Shown piece by piece: positions 10,375-22,521 of a DNA stretch of 64,000 nucleotides. Position numbers and translations under genes: made by a program. Below the pieces are notes generated by a model. That model had not been told where the DNA came from, did no database searches, and worked only from the letters and a program-made list of their open reading frames with translations. Source of the stretch: Myxococcales bacterium (lineage in GTDB: Bacteria; Myxococcota_A; Polyangia; Polyangiales; DASUME01); NCBI GenBank assembly GCA_047601445.1, contig JASGJH010000001.1, forward strand, positions 7,232,001-7,296,000, read 5' to 3'. The stretch's first letter is position 1; each line of letters starts with the position of its first letter.

Positions 10375-11625
10375 ATGCGCAGGTCTTACAAATTCGCCAC
10401 GCTCGTGGCGTTCGTTCTCTCGCTGGCCAACGTGGGCCAGCTCGAGGCCCAGTACTCGGGTCCGGTTGCCATCAAGCAGCACACCGAGTCCGCGGCCGCC
10501 GAGCCGCCCCCCGCCCAGAATCAAACCGTCTTCAACATCACCGGTGGCGCGGCCCTCAACACGGGCAACACGCGCGCCTATACCGTGACCCTGGGCGGGC
10601 ACCTGGGTGTGATCCAGGGCAAGAATTTGCTCTCGCTCGATGCGCTCGGCCTCATCAATGCGAGCAAGGCTGCGCTCGGCGGCGGTCAGTTTGCGGACCA
10701 TTACGTCAAGACGGCCGCCAATGTGGTCGGCCGCGCCCGCTACGATCGCTTCCTGTCGCACAACGACGCGCTCTTCCTCGCCCTCGTGCCACGTCGCGAC
10801 GTGCTCGCCGGTCTTGACCTGCGCCTGCAGATGCAGGGCGGTTATTCGCGCAACCTGTACGCACCCAGCGCGCTGCACAGGTTCTGGGCTGAAGCCGGTT
10901 ACGACCTCACCTACGACAACTTCGCCCCGATCACGACCAACAAGGAGCAGACCTTCGCGGGCCCGGGCAGCTACACCGATGCGGATGGCGTCGTGACCCA
11001 GGTGAACAAGGGCACCAGCGTCATCTTGCGCACGCCCACCACGTCGACTCCCGACTCCGAGTACGTGCATTCTGCGCGCGTATTCCTCGGCTACTCGAAC
11101 TCTCTCAACGCGATCGCGCAGATCAATCTTGGCGCGGAAACGCTGTTCGACGTGACCTATGGCAAGAACGTGCGCGTCAATACTCTGGCCGACATCACGA
11201 CCTCGGTCAGCTCGCACTTCAAGATGGGCTTCGTGTCGCGCATGTTCTTCGACAACGTGCCAGTCGACAAGACCTACAAGAAGGCCGATTTCGTCTCCAC
11301 GCTGAACGTGATCTACACCTACGACTCGCTGGCCAACGCCAAGAAGGCCGATGCCTGCGCCGCGGACATCAAGAAGGCCACCGAAGCAGCTCACTCCGAG
11401 TGCGCCACTCAGAAGGCGTTGCCCGCGGTGCCGCAGCCGCAGCCGCAACCGCAGGCTCAGCCCGAGCCCGCAGCGGGCGCCGCGACGGATGGTGCGGCAC
11501 CCGTGCAGACTCCGGTGACCACGTCCCCCGCGCCCGCTGCGCCCGCCGCACCGACCACGCCTCCCGCCGCCACCGCCCCGGTGACCCCGCCCGTGCAGGC
11601 GCCCAGCGCACCCCCGGCCCAGTGA
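10375..11625 (+). CDS. DUF481/YdiY-like outer-membrane barrel with Pro/Ala-rich C-terminal tail
   Basis: Signal peptide, NTGNT motif, DVLAGLDLR, YDRF; low-complexity tail. Confidence 0.7.
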   Translation: MRRSYKFATLVAFVLSLANVGQLEAQYSGPVAIKQHTESAAAEPPPAQNQTVFNITGGAALNTGNTRAYTVTLGGHLGVIQGKNLLSLDALGLINASKAALGGGQFADHYVKTAANVVGRARYDRFLSHNDALFLALVPRRDVLAGLDLRLQMQGGYSRNLYAPSALHRFWAEAGYDLTYDNFAPITTNKEQTFAGPGSYTDADGVVTQVNKGTSVILRTPTTSTPDSEYVHSARVFLGYSNSLNAIAQINLGAETLFDVTYGKNVRVNTLADITTSVSSHFKMGFVSRMFFDNVPVDKTYKKADFVSTLNVIYTYDSLANAKKADACAADIKKATEAAHSECATQKALPAVPQPQPQPQAQPEPAAGAATDGAAPVQTPVTTSPAPAAPAAPTTPPAATAPVTPPVQAPSAPPAQ

Positions 11626-11723
11626 CCCCGCCCACCAGCCAGACTTGACGGGGAATCGAATCTCGGGGTGACCTCGTTGTAGGATCGCGCGGTGGCCCGC
11701 GGCGGCCCCCAACGAGGTAGGAA

Positions 11724-12902
11724 ATGGGATCGAAATTACTTGGCTTCGTGGCTGGTTTTGCGGGTGTGACCGCACTCACGTCGGCAGCATTCGCGCAATC
11801 GGGTGTCTCGCCCACTTGTACGACGGATGACGAATGTCCCTCAGGGCAGTGGTGCGCGGGCGACCCTTCGGCCCCGGACAAGCCGGTGCCAGAGCCTGCG
11901 CCAGCGAGTGGGACCACGCCGCAGGCGACCCGCGCCGCGATCGTGGCGCCCACCGATCCCAGCACCACGGGCGCGACCTGTCAGGCCATCCCCGAGGGCG
12001 TCTGTGAGAGCGACTCGGATTGCGATCATGGCTTCGAGTGCGTCAAGGCCCAGAGCAGCGGCGGCTGCGCACCGGCCCCGAACGGCGGCGTGCCAGCCTG
12101 CGACACGACCGTGACCACGGCCCGCTACGGCTCGTGCACGCTGAAGCCCATTGCTTGCGACGTCGACTCCGACTGTCCGAATGGCTTGAGCTGTGTGGCC
12201 GTTAGCGACGGCGATGTGACCTGCTCCAGCAATGACCCTGAGTGCACGGGGAGCGGGAGCACGGGCAGCGCGGGCAGCAGCAGCGGGAGCACGGGCAGCG
12301 GTAGCGTCACGCCCACCACCAAGGCCGTGGAGAAGTACTGCAACTACCAGCCGCCTTCCTGCAGCGACAACTCCGACTGTGCCACCGACTACGAGTGCTG
12401 GGTCTCCACGGCGAAGGAGTGCAGCGGCGGTGCGAGTGACCCGGTGGCCGTGGACTGCAGCCCCGGCGTGAATTGCGTGGAGCAGCCCGCTCCGGCGGAC
12501 TCCTGCCAGACCGTGAGCACTGGCTACTGCGTGCCCAAGCAAATGCCTTGCAACGCGGACGCCCAGTGTCCCACTGACTACGTTTGCTACCAGCTGAGCG
12601 CCGAGCAAGTGCCGGACATCTGGCAGACCAGCGGCGATGTGCAGACCTGCTTGCCGGAGGGCATCGCGCTGTACGCTGAATACGCAGGGCGTGATCTCGG
12701 CAGCGATGAAGACGCCAGCAGCGGAGACTCCGACGAGGATCCCACCGGAGCGCCTCAGCTGGGCAACGCCAAGGGCCCGAATGGGCACGGCGACGGCAGC
12801 GCGTGCAGTGTGCGCTCGGGCCACGAGGGCTCGAGCTGGCTGCTGAGTGCGGTCGGTTTACTCGGGCTTGCCCTGGTGCGCCGTCGCCGTCAGCGCACCT
12901 GA
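11724..12902 (+). CDS. Cys-rich surface protein with MYXO-CTERM sorting signal
   Basis: Signal peptide, repeated CxxDxDCxxGxxC modules, C-terminal ACSV-x-hydrophobic-RRRR. Confidence 0.85.
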   Translation: MGSKLLGFVAGFAGVTALTSAAFAQSGVSPTCTTDDECPSGQWCAGDPSAPDKPVPEPAPASGTTPQATRAAIVAPTDPSTTGATCQAIPEGVCESDSDCDHGFECVKAQSSGGCAPAPNGGVPACDTTVTTARYGSCTLKPIACDVDSDCPNGLSCVAVSDGDVTCSSNDPECTGSGSTGSAGSSSGSTGSGSVTPTTKAVEKYCNYQPPSCSDNSDCATDYECWVSTAKECSGGASDPVAVDCSPGVNCVEQPAPADSCQTVSTGYCVPKQMPCNADAQCPTDYVCYQLSAEQVPDIWQTSGDVQTCLPEGIALYAEYAGRDLGSDEDASSGDSDEDPTGAPQLGNAKGPNGHGDGSACSVRSGHEGSSWLLSAVGLLGLALVRRRRQRT

Positions 12903-12989
12903 ATTTCAGCAGTCAGAAAGTCGCGCCGGGGCCGTGTGGTCTCGGCGTTTTCTTTTCTCGAGGTGCGTGAGGCGGTTGCGGAGCGTGGC

Positions 12990-13454
12990 TCAGCGCTCCG
13001 ACTGAAGGGCCGCCGTAAAGGCGCGCGCCTTGTCGCCCTGGGGCGCATGTCGACTCGCGAGCTCCTGCAGGTCGCGGACGAGCTCCTTGAGCGCCGCGCG
13101 CGACGGCGGAGCGGGGACGTCGGCCCGATCACAGAAGAACGTACGGCAGCCGAGGGGACGCGCCGCATAGATCGCGCAACGACCCGAGGGGGCGAGCAGC
13201 GGGCAGGTGCGTTCGTCGCGCACGCCCGGGCGCGCGAGGGGCAGGGCGCGCTTCTTGGGCAGACCGCCGCCGCGGGCCGAGAGCGCGCGGCGCACGAGCG
13301 CGAGCTCGATGGAGGTCACTTGCGGCTCGCGACCCGTGATCCCGAAGCGGCAGCACTCGGTCGACATGCCACAGGTGGCGCCCGCGTAGAGCGTATCGGC
13401 GCGCGTGTACAGTTGCTCGAGCTCGGCTAGCAGTTCGTCTTCGCGGGCGCGCAC
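12990..13454 (-). CDS. YkgJ-family cysteine-cluster protein
   Basis: C-x5-CC, CPLL, CAIYAARPLGCRTF. Confidence 0.85.
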   Translation of the reverse strand: MRAREDELLAELEQLYTRADTLYAGATCGMSTECCRFGITGREPQVTSIELALVRRALSARGGGLPKKRALPLARPGVRDERTCPLLAPSGRCAIYAARPLGCRTFFCDRADVPAPPSRAALKELVRDLQELASRHAPQGDKARAFTAALQSER

Positions 13455-13478
13455 GGCTGTTGTCCTCGCAGCGCGCCG

Positions 13479-13631
13479 TCAGTCGCCGCGCGTGAAGCCG
13501 AAGTAGAACGCGGCGCCCAGCAAGATGATGGTCACGAGGCAGCCGATGCCGAGGGCCAGGGCGTCGGCCTTGCTGGGCGCATCGGAGCCGTCCTTGGGGG
13601 GACCGGGGTTCTTGTCGAGGGGTGCGTTCAT
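13479..13631 (-). CDS. 50-aa small membrane protein (not in ORF track)
   Basis: GGGAGG RBS, ATG 13631; MNAPLDKNPGPPKDGSDAPSKADALALGIGCLVTIILLGAAFYFGFTRGD*; typical GC3 codon usage. Confidence 0.75.
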   Translation of the reverse strand: MNAPLDKNPGPPKDGSDAPSKADALALGIGCLVTIILLGAAFYFGFTRGD

Positions 13632-13661
13632 GGGCCTCCCTTTACCACGCCGTGTGCGTCG

Positions 13662-14591
13662 TCAACGCAGGAAGAAGCGCGGATCGTCCGGGCGCAGGTC
13701 GAGGTGGAAGTGGTCGCGGTGGCCCGCGTTGTAGTTCGGGGTCAGCACCGACGAGAAGAGCTGGCTCTTGGCCAGGTCACACGCGATGGCGAGCATCACT
13801 CTTCCCTCCGGCGTGCTGGGTTGGCCCTCGCAGGTGTAGGCGTCCGGGGTCATCTCGAAGTGCTTGGCCACGATCAGCATGTCGTTCGCGCGCACGCTGG
13901 CTCGCTTGCTCATCTCGAAGGCTGCGATATCGAGCGCCAGGCCGAAGGTGTGGAAGCTGGTGCGCGGCTGATCGCGATAGGAGGAGTTCACCAGCGCGCT
14001 GCGCACGCCGTGGGCCTTGAGGATGCGGGCCAGGGCAGGCAAGCGCGCCGCCAGCTCGCAGCTGATTTCAATCTGCCGATCGAGGTGGGCCGAGATGAAG
14101 CTCACGCCACCGATGGGCGTGGGGCCGAGCTGCACCAGGGTCGGCACCGGTGTGGTGAGGTCGCGGACGATGGGGGTCGCCTCCACGTGGTCCCGCGCCA
14201 GCGCTCGTAGGCAGCCTTCCTCTTTGCGGATCGACCAGACCTGCTCGGGATTGACCGACCAGGAGGCCCCCGGAACCTCGCTGCGATACTTTCGGAAGCT
14301 GCGTACGCGTTGAGCGATGGTGCGCGCCGCGACGCCTGCTGGATCGCTGGCCGGCGCCAAGAAGCGCCGCGGACGGGCCGGGTCGGGCGGTGCCTCCGGG
14401 ACGGGCAAACTGCTGATCACGAAGGGCACCGGCGCAGAGGCTTCCGGTGCGGTCTCGGCGGCGTCGAGGGAGGCCGCGGGCGAGCTCAGGCTGGGCAAGA
14501 GGGGCGCGTCGGCCCCGGCCAGAGAAGCCATCGACAAGCCAAGGATCGAACCCAACACAGCGCCTCGGAACTTCGACACGTCACTGAGCAT
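13662..14591 (-). CDS. Extensin-like C-terminal domain protein, exported
   Basis: Signal peptide, Pro-rich region, ISCELA, SFHTFGLALDI, LTPNYNAGHRDHFHLD. Confidence 0.8.
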   Translation of the reverse strand: MLSDVSKFRGAVLGSILGLSMASLAGADAPLLPSLSSPAASLDAAETAPEASAPVPFVISSLPVPEAPPDPARPRRFLAPASDPAGVAARTIAQRVRSFRKYRSEVPGASWSVNPEQVWSIRKEEGCLRALARDHVEATPIVRDLTTPVPTLVQLGPTPIGGVSFISAHLDRQIEISCELAARLPALARILKAHGVRSALVNSSYRDQPRTSFHTFGLALDIAAFEMSKRASVRANDMLIVAKHFEMTPDAYTCEGQPSTPEGRVMLAIACDLAKSQLFSSVLTPNYNAGHRDHFHLDLRPDDPRFFLR

Positions 14592-14924
14592 TTTCGCAGA
14601 GCCTGGGCTCTCACGCGAGAACTCGAGCGAATCCCCATGCCCTTGCGAGGGGACCATGTACGATTTTCTCCGGCGATCGCCTGCTATCCCAGCTTTGCAG
14701 CCGCGGCGCCTGCGCGAGCCGCAGCGCGATCGCGATTTTGCGGCCTTGATCGCACCGAAGCGCACACGCGCAGGTCTGCGCCGAGCTTGCGAACGCGGTT
14801 GTCTCTGGTTGCGCGCGGCGCTCCCAGCGGTGCTCGTGTTCTGGGACAATTGCGCGAAAACCACGGAAAAATCGACATGTCCGGCCTCGGCGCGCGCAGC
14901 GCTCGCGTCTACAATCCGGCCATT

Positions 14925-16727
<1,803 letters not shown>

Positions 16728-16750
16728 GGCCGCGCCTTCCCGGCAGATGA

Positions 16751-17785
16751 CTAGGAGGCCTGGAGCGCCGGCGGCGGCAGCGTGGAAAGCGTGAGCTCGC
16801 CGCGGTACTGCGCCGGCGTGCGCCCCGTCCAGCGCTTGAACGCGCGGTGGAAGGCGCTCGGCTCCGAGAACCCCAGCAACTCGGCGGTCTGCTTGATGCA
16901 GCTATCGGGGCGCCGCAGGTCCCGGCAAGCCAGGCGACAGCGGGCCTCGTCGATCAACGCGGAGAGCGGCTCGCCCTCGGCGCTCAAACGGCGGCGCAGC
17001 GCGCGCGGCGTGAGGTTCACCTTGCGCGCCAGGCCGATGGTGTCGATCTGCGCCAGGTCCCGCTCCGCCGAGAGCAGCGCGCGCACGCGGTTGGCCAGGT
17101 TGGTGCCGTGGACGCGCTCGGCCAGCAGGCGCTCGGCGCTCTCCTGGTACAGCGTGCACATGGCGTGGTCGCTGTGAAGCTGGGGCGTGTCGAGCAGGGC
17201 GCGTGGGAACACGATGGTGTTGCTGGCCTGTCCGAAGCGTACGGGAGCATGGAAGACGCGCTCGTACTCGGCCGCGTAGACGGGAGCCACATGGCGGAAC
17301 CAGATCTCTACCGGGCCCGAGTCCACGCGGTGCGTAAAGTGCGATCCGATGCTGTTGACCATGGCCAGCACGAACTCGGCGCTGTAGCGCGCGATGTGGG
17401 CGGGCATGTCGCAGTCGAACGTGAAGTAGGCGAGGGCACCGTGCTCCTCGAGCTCGAAGCTCCCGCCCTCGGTCACCAGGTTTTCGTAGCGCTGGAACAG
17501 ACGGAACGCGTCGCGGATGGTGCGGCACGAGACCAGCACGTTGCCCACCACCTGCAGCATTTCTTCCGGGGCCTTGGAGCCGACGTGCAGCGCGATGGCA
17601 GGGTTGCGCGCCAGGGATACCGCCTTGGTCACGACCGTGAACACCGTCTCGACAGGCAAGGTGCTGCGAAAGTCCGAGAGGCGCTGGGCCGTCAGGCCGC
17701 ACTCGTGCAGTGCTCGGTCCGTGTCGATGCCAGCGCGCTTTAGCTCGTGGAGTATCCCTCTAAGGACAACGACGGAAATAAGCAT
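16751..17785 (-). CDS. AraC-family regulator (OruR-like N-terminal domain)
   Basis: C-terminal LGFSEPSAFHRAFKRWTGRTP; F.APVRFG motif. Confidence 0.9.
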   Translation of the reverse strand: MLISVVVLRGILHELKRAGIDTDRALHECGLTAQRLSDFRSTLPVETVFTVVTKAVSLARNPAIALHVGSKAPEEMLQVVGNVLVSCRTIRDAFRLFQRYENLVTEGGSFELEEHGALAYFTFDCDMPAHIARYSAEFVLAMVNSIGSHFTHRVDSGPVEIWFRHVAPVYAAEYERVFHAPVRFGQASNTIVFPRALLDTPQLHSDHAMCTLYQESAERLLAERVHGTNLANRVRALLSAERDLAQIDTIGLARKVNLTPRALRRRLSAEGEPLSALIDEARCRLACRDLRRPDSCIKQTAELLGFSEPSAFHRAFKRWTGRTPAQYRGELTLSTLPPPALQAS

Positions 17786-18125
17786 GTGTGCACCCTTTGA
17801 GTCTAAGCGCGCGGGTCGCGCGCGGGCCGAACCGAAGAGGCGCGCGGGGCATATCCGCGAGCACATAAGGAGCGCGTCGAACGCACGCGCTTGCAGCAAG
17901 AGGCCAACCAAAGCCAGGTACCAAGCTGTACCCGGAGTCGAGACTAAGTGAATTGGTCCAACAGGTTCAAGAGAGATTGCCCTACATGAACGCTGGCCCA
18001 CAACCCTGTAGGCCACCGACGCAGCACCATGGGAATTGTCCGTTCTGATGGGAACTAGAAAGGCACTTAGGTGAGAGCTTTCCCACCGTTGACGGTCCCC
18101 GAGGGCTTCTGCAAGGGTGCTTCCG

Positions 18126-19307
18126 ATGTCCGATTACCCGCCTAGTCGGCTCGCCGAATTCCGGCGTGGGACCGCCCGCTATACCCCGATTTCGCGGCTG
18201 GCCGCGGGGGGAATGGGCGAGGTCTGGCGTGGCGAGGCCTGCTTCCCGGACGGGCACGTCGAGGAGGTCGCCATCAAGCGCGTCGTGCCTCACCTCGCCA
18301 ACAACGAGCTCTATCGAAGCATGCTCGAGGATGAGGCGCGCCTGGGCATGCTGCTGCGTCACCCCAACATCGTGCGGGTCTACGATGCACGCGATCAGGG
18401 GTCGTTCATCCTGGTGATGGAGTACGTGGAGGGCCGCTCGCTGAGCCAGCTCCTGCAGGGGCACCTGGCCAACCAGGCGTCTTTGCCGGTAGCGGTCTCG
18501 CTGCACGTGGCCCGCGAAGTCGCACGCGCCCTCGAGCATGCGCACAACGCGATCGACGAGTTGGGCCGCGAGCTCCACATCATCCACGGCGATCTATCGC
18601 CCCACAACGTGCTGACCAGCGTGCACGGGGACGTGAAGCTGATGGACTTCGGCCTGGCGCGCGCCTCCGCCAATCACGTGGTGCGCGACCCCAACAAGTT
18701 GAGCGGCAAGTGGGGGTATTTGGCGCCGGAGCTGGTGTTGCATCGTGAGGTCAGTCAGCTCAACGACGTGTTCGCCCTGGGCATCGTGTTGTGGGAGTGC
18801 TTGAGCGGGCGGCGCCTGTTCACCGCGCGTAGCTACGCCGAAAGCCGCGACTTGCTCAAGCACTGTGCGGTGGTCTCGCCGGTGCACCACAACCCGGCCG
18901 TCACCCCCGAGATCGCGCGGCTCACCGAGGTGGCCCTGGCGCGGGAGCCGGCTCAGCGCTTTCGCAGCGCGGCAGCCTTCGGGGCAGCGCTAGACAGCAT
19001 CATCGAAACCTTGGAACCCGGCATCTGTGCGCAGCAGACGGCCGACCTCGTGTGCAAACACCTGGGCATCGCGCGCAAACAGCGCGAGACCGCACGGCGC
19101 CCGGGCCTGTACTCGCCCGCGCCCAGCCAGGGCGTGCTGCGGCTTTCGGACGCGGAGCTCGAGGACTTCTTCGCGAACTGCGACACCACGGTCTACCAGC
19201 GCATCACGCCCTCGGCGGTTCCCCCTCCGCCCGGCCTCGATGCGTTCGTGGTGGAGTGCGATACGCGCCTGTTGCGACGCCCGCGCGACGCCAGTCCGCT
19301 GCTCTGA
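18126..19307 (+). CDS. Cytoplasmic Ser/Thr kinase (non-RD)
   Basis: AGGMGEVW, VAIKR, HGDLSPHNV, DFG, GYLAPE. Confidence 0.9.
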   Translation: MSDYPPSRLAEFRRGTARYTPISRLAAGGMGEVWRGEACFPDGHVEEVAIKRVVPHLANNELYRSMLEDEARLGMLLRHPNIVRVYDARDQGSFILVMEYVEGRSLSQLLQGHLANQASLPVAVSLHVAREVARALEHAHNAIDELGRELHIIHGDLSPHNVLTSVHGDVKLMDFGLARASANHVVRDPNKLSGKWGYLAPELVLHREVSQLNDVFALGIVLWECLSGRRLFTARSYAESRDLLKHCAVVSPVHHNPAVTPEIARLTEVALAREPAQRFRSAAAFGAALDSIIETLEPGICAQQTADLVCKHLGIARKQRETARRPGLYSPAPSQGVLRLSDAELEDFFANCDTTVYQRITPSAVPPPPGLDAFVVECDTRLLRRPRDASPLL

Positions 19308-19311
19308 TAGA

Positions 19312-19394
19312 CGGGGAGGTCACGCGACCTCCCCGCCCGTCGCGGCAAAGCCGCGCCGGGACCCACCCCACCGCGAGGTTCGCTGCGCTCACGG
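19312..19394 (-). repeat. Dispersed ~80-bp element, copy B (full)
   Basis: Reverse complement CCGTGAGCGCAGCGAACCTCGCGGTGGGGTGGGTCCCGGCGCGGCTTTGCCGCGACGGGCGGGGAGGTCGCGTGACCTCCCCG. Confidence 0.95.
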
Positions 19395-19415
19395 TGCACC
19401 CGTCTGTTCACGAAA

Positions 19416-19494
19416 GAGGTCACGCGACCTCCCCGCCGGTCGCGGCAAAGCCGCGCCGGGACCCACCCCACCGCGAGGTTCGCTGCGCTCACGG
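19416..19494 (-). repeat. Dispersed ~80-bp element, copy C (tandem with B, 100-bp period)
   Basis: Nearly identical to B; separated by a 21-bp spacer at 19395-19415. Confidence 0.95.
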
Positions 19495-19592
19495 GAGTAC
19501 GCCTGCGCCGCTTGACTGGCCCACTTGGGTCGTGCGCGAGCGGAAGCGTGGGGCTTGCCTGAAGCAGGGCGAGACCTCAAGTTCGCCCCGCC

Positions 19593-21215
19593 ATGATTCG
19601 CCTCGATTCCATCTGCAAGCAGCACGGACGGCAGATCCTCTTCCTCGACGCCTCGATGAGCCTCTTTCGCGGGGAAAAGGTCGGGCTGGTTGGGCCCAAC
19701 GGCTCGGGCAAGAGCACGATCTTCAGGCTGATCGTGCGGCAGGAGCAGGCCGACGCGGGGCAGGTGGTGGTCGATCGCGGCGTGACCATCGGCTACTTCG
19801 ACCAGAACGTGGGCGAGATGAAGGGACGCACCGTGGTCGAGGAGACCATGGCGGGGGCCGGTGAGATCGCCCAGGTCGCGCACGAGCTGCACGAACTGAC
19901 ACACGCGCTCGCGGATCCCGAGCGGGCCCACGAGCTCGATCAACTGGTGGAGCGCTTCGGTACGGTGCAAGCACGCTTCGACGAGCTCGGTGGCTATGGC
20001 CTGGAGAGCTCGGCGCGCGAGATCCTGGCCGGCCTCGGCTTTGCGCCCGAGAGCGTCGACGACGACGTGGGCAAGCTCTCCGGTGGTTGGAAGATGCGAG
20101 TGGCCCTGGCGCGCATCCTGTTGATGAAGCCCGATGTGCTCTTGCTCGACGAGCCCACCAACCACCTGGACATCGAGTCCATCCTCTGGCTCGAGCAGTT
20201 TCTGCGCAGCTTCGAGGGCGGGCTCATCATGACCTCGCACGATCGCGAGTTCATGAACCGGCTGGTGACCAAGATCGTGGAGATCGACTCGGGCGAGCTC
20301 ACCAGCTACACGGGCAACTTCGACTTCTACCTCAAGCAGCGGGCCATCGCCGAGTCGCAGAAGGAGGCGCAGTTCGAGCGCCAACAGGCGATGCTGGCCA
20401 AGGAAGAGGCGTTCATCGCGCGCTTCAAGGCGCGCGCCAGCCACGCGGCGCAGGTGCAATCGCGGGTGAAGAAGCTCGAGAAAATCGAGCGCGTGGAGCC
20501 GCCCCGTCAGCGCAAGGTGGTGGAGTTCGACTTTCCCAAGCCGGCACGCTCGGGAGAAGACGTGGCCAAGCTGGAGAGCGTGAGCAAGCGCTGGGGCGTG
20601 CGCACCATCTACGACAGCCTCGACCTGTTGGTGCGGCGCAAGGAGCGCTGGTGCGTGATGGGCGTGAACGGCGCGGGCAAGAGCACGCTGCTCAAATTGG
20701 TGACGGGAGACGCCGCGCCCGACACTGGGCAGGTGACGCTGGGGGCCAGCGTGAAGCTCGGCTACTTCGCGCAGCACGCCATGGATCTGATCGACGGTGA
20801 CGACACGGTGCTGGAGACCCTGACCAAGGCGTTCCCGCGCGCCTCGTCGGCCTCGCTGCGCACCTTGCTCGGGGCCTTCGGCTTCTCGGGAGACGATGTG
20901 GAGAAGCGCTGCCGTGTGCTCTCCGGGGGGGAGAAGGCGCGCGTGGTGCTGTCGCGCATGATGTTCGACCCGCCCAACTTCTTGGTACTCGACGAGCCCA
21001 CCAACCATCTGGATATGGAGACCAAGGAGATGCTGGTGAAGGCGCTCTCGGACTTCGAGGGCACCATGCTCTTCGTGTCCCACGACCGGCACTTCCTCTC
21101 GGCGCTCTCCAATCGCGTGCTCGAGCTGACCCCAGGTGGAGGCGTGCACGCCTACGGCGGCGGCTACACGGAATACGTCGCGCAGACCGGGCGCGAGGCC
21201 CCGGTGGTGACCTGA
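19593..21215 (+). CDS. ABC-F family ATPase
   Basis: Two NBDs (GPNGSGKST, LSGGW, LLDEPTNHLD; GVNGAGKST, LSGGE), no TM. Confidence 0.95.
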   Translation: MIRLDSICKQHGRQILFLDASMSLFRGEKVGLVGPNGSGKSTIFRLIVRQEQADAGQVVVDRGVTIGYFDQNVGEMKGRTVVEETMAGAGEIAQVAHELHELTHALADPERAHELDQLVERFGTVQARFDELGGYGLESSAREILAGLGFAPESVDDDVGKLSGGWKMRVALARILLMKPDVLLLDEPTNHLDIESILWLEQFLRSFEGGLIMTSHDREFMNRLVTKIVEIDSGELTSYTGNFDFYLKQRAIAESQKEAQFERQQAMLAKEEAFIARFKARASHAAQVQSRVKKLEKIERVEPPRQRKVVEFDFPKPARSGEDVAKLESVSKRWGVRTIYDSLDLLVRRKERWCVMGVNGAGKSTLLKLVTGDAAPDTGQVTLGASVKLGYFAQHAMDLIDGDDTVLETLTKAFPRASSASLRTLLGAFGFSGDDVEKRCRVLSGGEKARVVLSRMMFDPPNFLVLDEPTNHLDMETKEMLVKALSDFEGTMLFVSHDRHFLSALSNRVLELTPGGGVHAYGGGYTEYVAQTGREAPVVT

Positions 21216-21284
21216 ACGGCTGAGCTCCCCCCGGCCCTCCCCGTGAAAAGGGCGGGTCTCCAGTCCGCGTGGTATGAAGGCCGC

Positions 21285-22517
21285 GTGCCGGAGCAAGCCT
21301 CTTCCAGCGCCGACCAAGATGATGTTCGTCTGCGCATTCCAGAGCTTGCGGGTAGGGCGCGCACGCGCCGACTGCTCGCTGTGCTCGCGCTGCTCGCCCT
21401 CGTGGGCGGTGGCCTCGCGTATTACTTGCGCCCCAAGCCGCCTGAAGAGGTGTTTCGGACCTTCCCGGTGGTCCGTAAGACCCTGGTGCAGCTCGTGGAG
21501 GCCGCCGGACGCGTCGATGCCCGCAGCCGCGTAGACGTGTCCACGCCCGTGGCAGGTCGCATCACGGCGTTGCACGCGGTGGAAGGGCAACTGGTGAAGG
21601 CCGGTGAGCTTCTCGCGGACCTGGACGCGCGAGCGAGTGCGCTGGCAGTGCGCGGTGCCCAGGCGTCGGCTTCGGCCGCAGCGGGCCGTCTGTCGCAAGC
21701 GCGGGCCCAGCTCGCGGAGGCCGAGCGTAGCCTGGAGCGCGCCCGCACCTTGTTCGACCGCGACCTCGCGAGTCGGGAGGACGTGAGCAACGCGGAGTTC
21801 GCGCGCGCCAAGGCGCAGGCCTCGCTGCAGGCTGCTCAGGGTGAAGCCAGCGTGGCGGGCGAGAGCGTGGCCTCGGCGCAGCTCGAGAAGAACATGAGCC
21901 GCATCGAAGCGCCCGCGGACGGCGTGATCTTGCGCGCCCCCGACCGCGTCGGCGCTGTGGTGTCGCCCGAGGCAGGGCCGGTGTTCGTGATCGGGGAGCC
22001 TTTGACCACGGTCCGCATCGATGCCTCGGTGAGCGAGACCGACGTGGCGCGCGTGAAGGTCGGCGCTGCGGCACAGGTCGAAGTCGATGCCGTCCCGGGC
22101 CGCGTCTACAACGGTCGCGTCGAGCGCGTGGGCATCGACGCCAATCGCGTGGAAGGCGCGGTGCTCTATCCGGTGGTGCTGTCGGTGGACAACCCGGACC
22201 GCACGCTGCTCCCCGGCATGACGGCGCGCGTGAAGATGGAAGTTGCCCGCGCGGAAAACGTGTTGGCAGTGCACGAGGCTTCTCTGCGCTACACGCCCAC
22301 GGGCGCCGACCCGGCTTCTCCGCGTTCGCGCGTGTGGAAGCGCATGGGGCCGGCCGAGGTGGAACCCGTCTCCGTGCGCACATCGGTCTCCGATGGCGTG
22401 TACACGCAGGTGGATCTCGCAGAGGGCGCGCAGCTCAAGGAAGGGGACGCGCTGGCGGTCGGGCTCCTGCATCCGGAGTCGAGCAATGCGCCGCGCGTGA
22501 CGCTGGGCGGGAAGTAG
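21285..22517 (+). CDS. MacA-like periplasmic adaptor
   Basis: N-terminal TM, lipoyl halves (GQLVKAGELL, IEAPADGVI), coiled hairpin, LLPGMTA. Start 21285 (alternative 21243). Confidence 0.9.
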   Translation: MPEQASSSADQDDVRLRIPELAGRARTRRLLAVLALLALVGGGLAYYLRPKPPEEVFRTFPVVRKTLVQLVEAAGRVDARSRVDVSTPVAGRITALHAVEGQLVKAGELLADLDARASALAVRGAQASASAAAGRLSQARAQLAEAERSLERARTLFDRDLASREDVSNAEFARAKAQASLQAAQGEASVAGESVASAQLEKNMSRIEAPADGVILRAPDRVGAVVSPEAGPVFVIGEPLTTVRIDASVSETDVARVKVGAAAQVEVDAVPGRVYNGRVERVGIDANRVEGAVLYPVVLSVDNPDRTLLPGMTARVKMEVARAENVLAVHEASLRYTPTGADPASPRSRVWKRMGPAEVEPVSVRTSVSDGVYTQVDLAEGAQLKEGDALAVGLLHPESSNAPRVTLGGK

Positions 22518-22521
22518 CGTC

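Noticed and set aside
19312..19494. Tandem repeat with a 21-bp spacer as a mini CRISPR array
   Set aside because: The repeat is ~80 bp, there are only two units, copies are dispersed across the window, and no cas genes are present.
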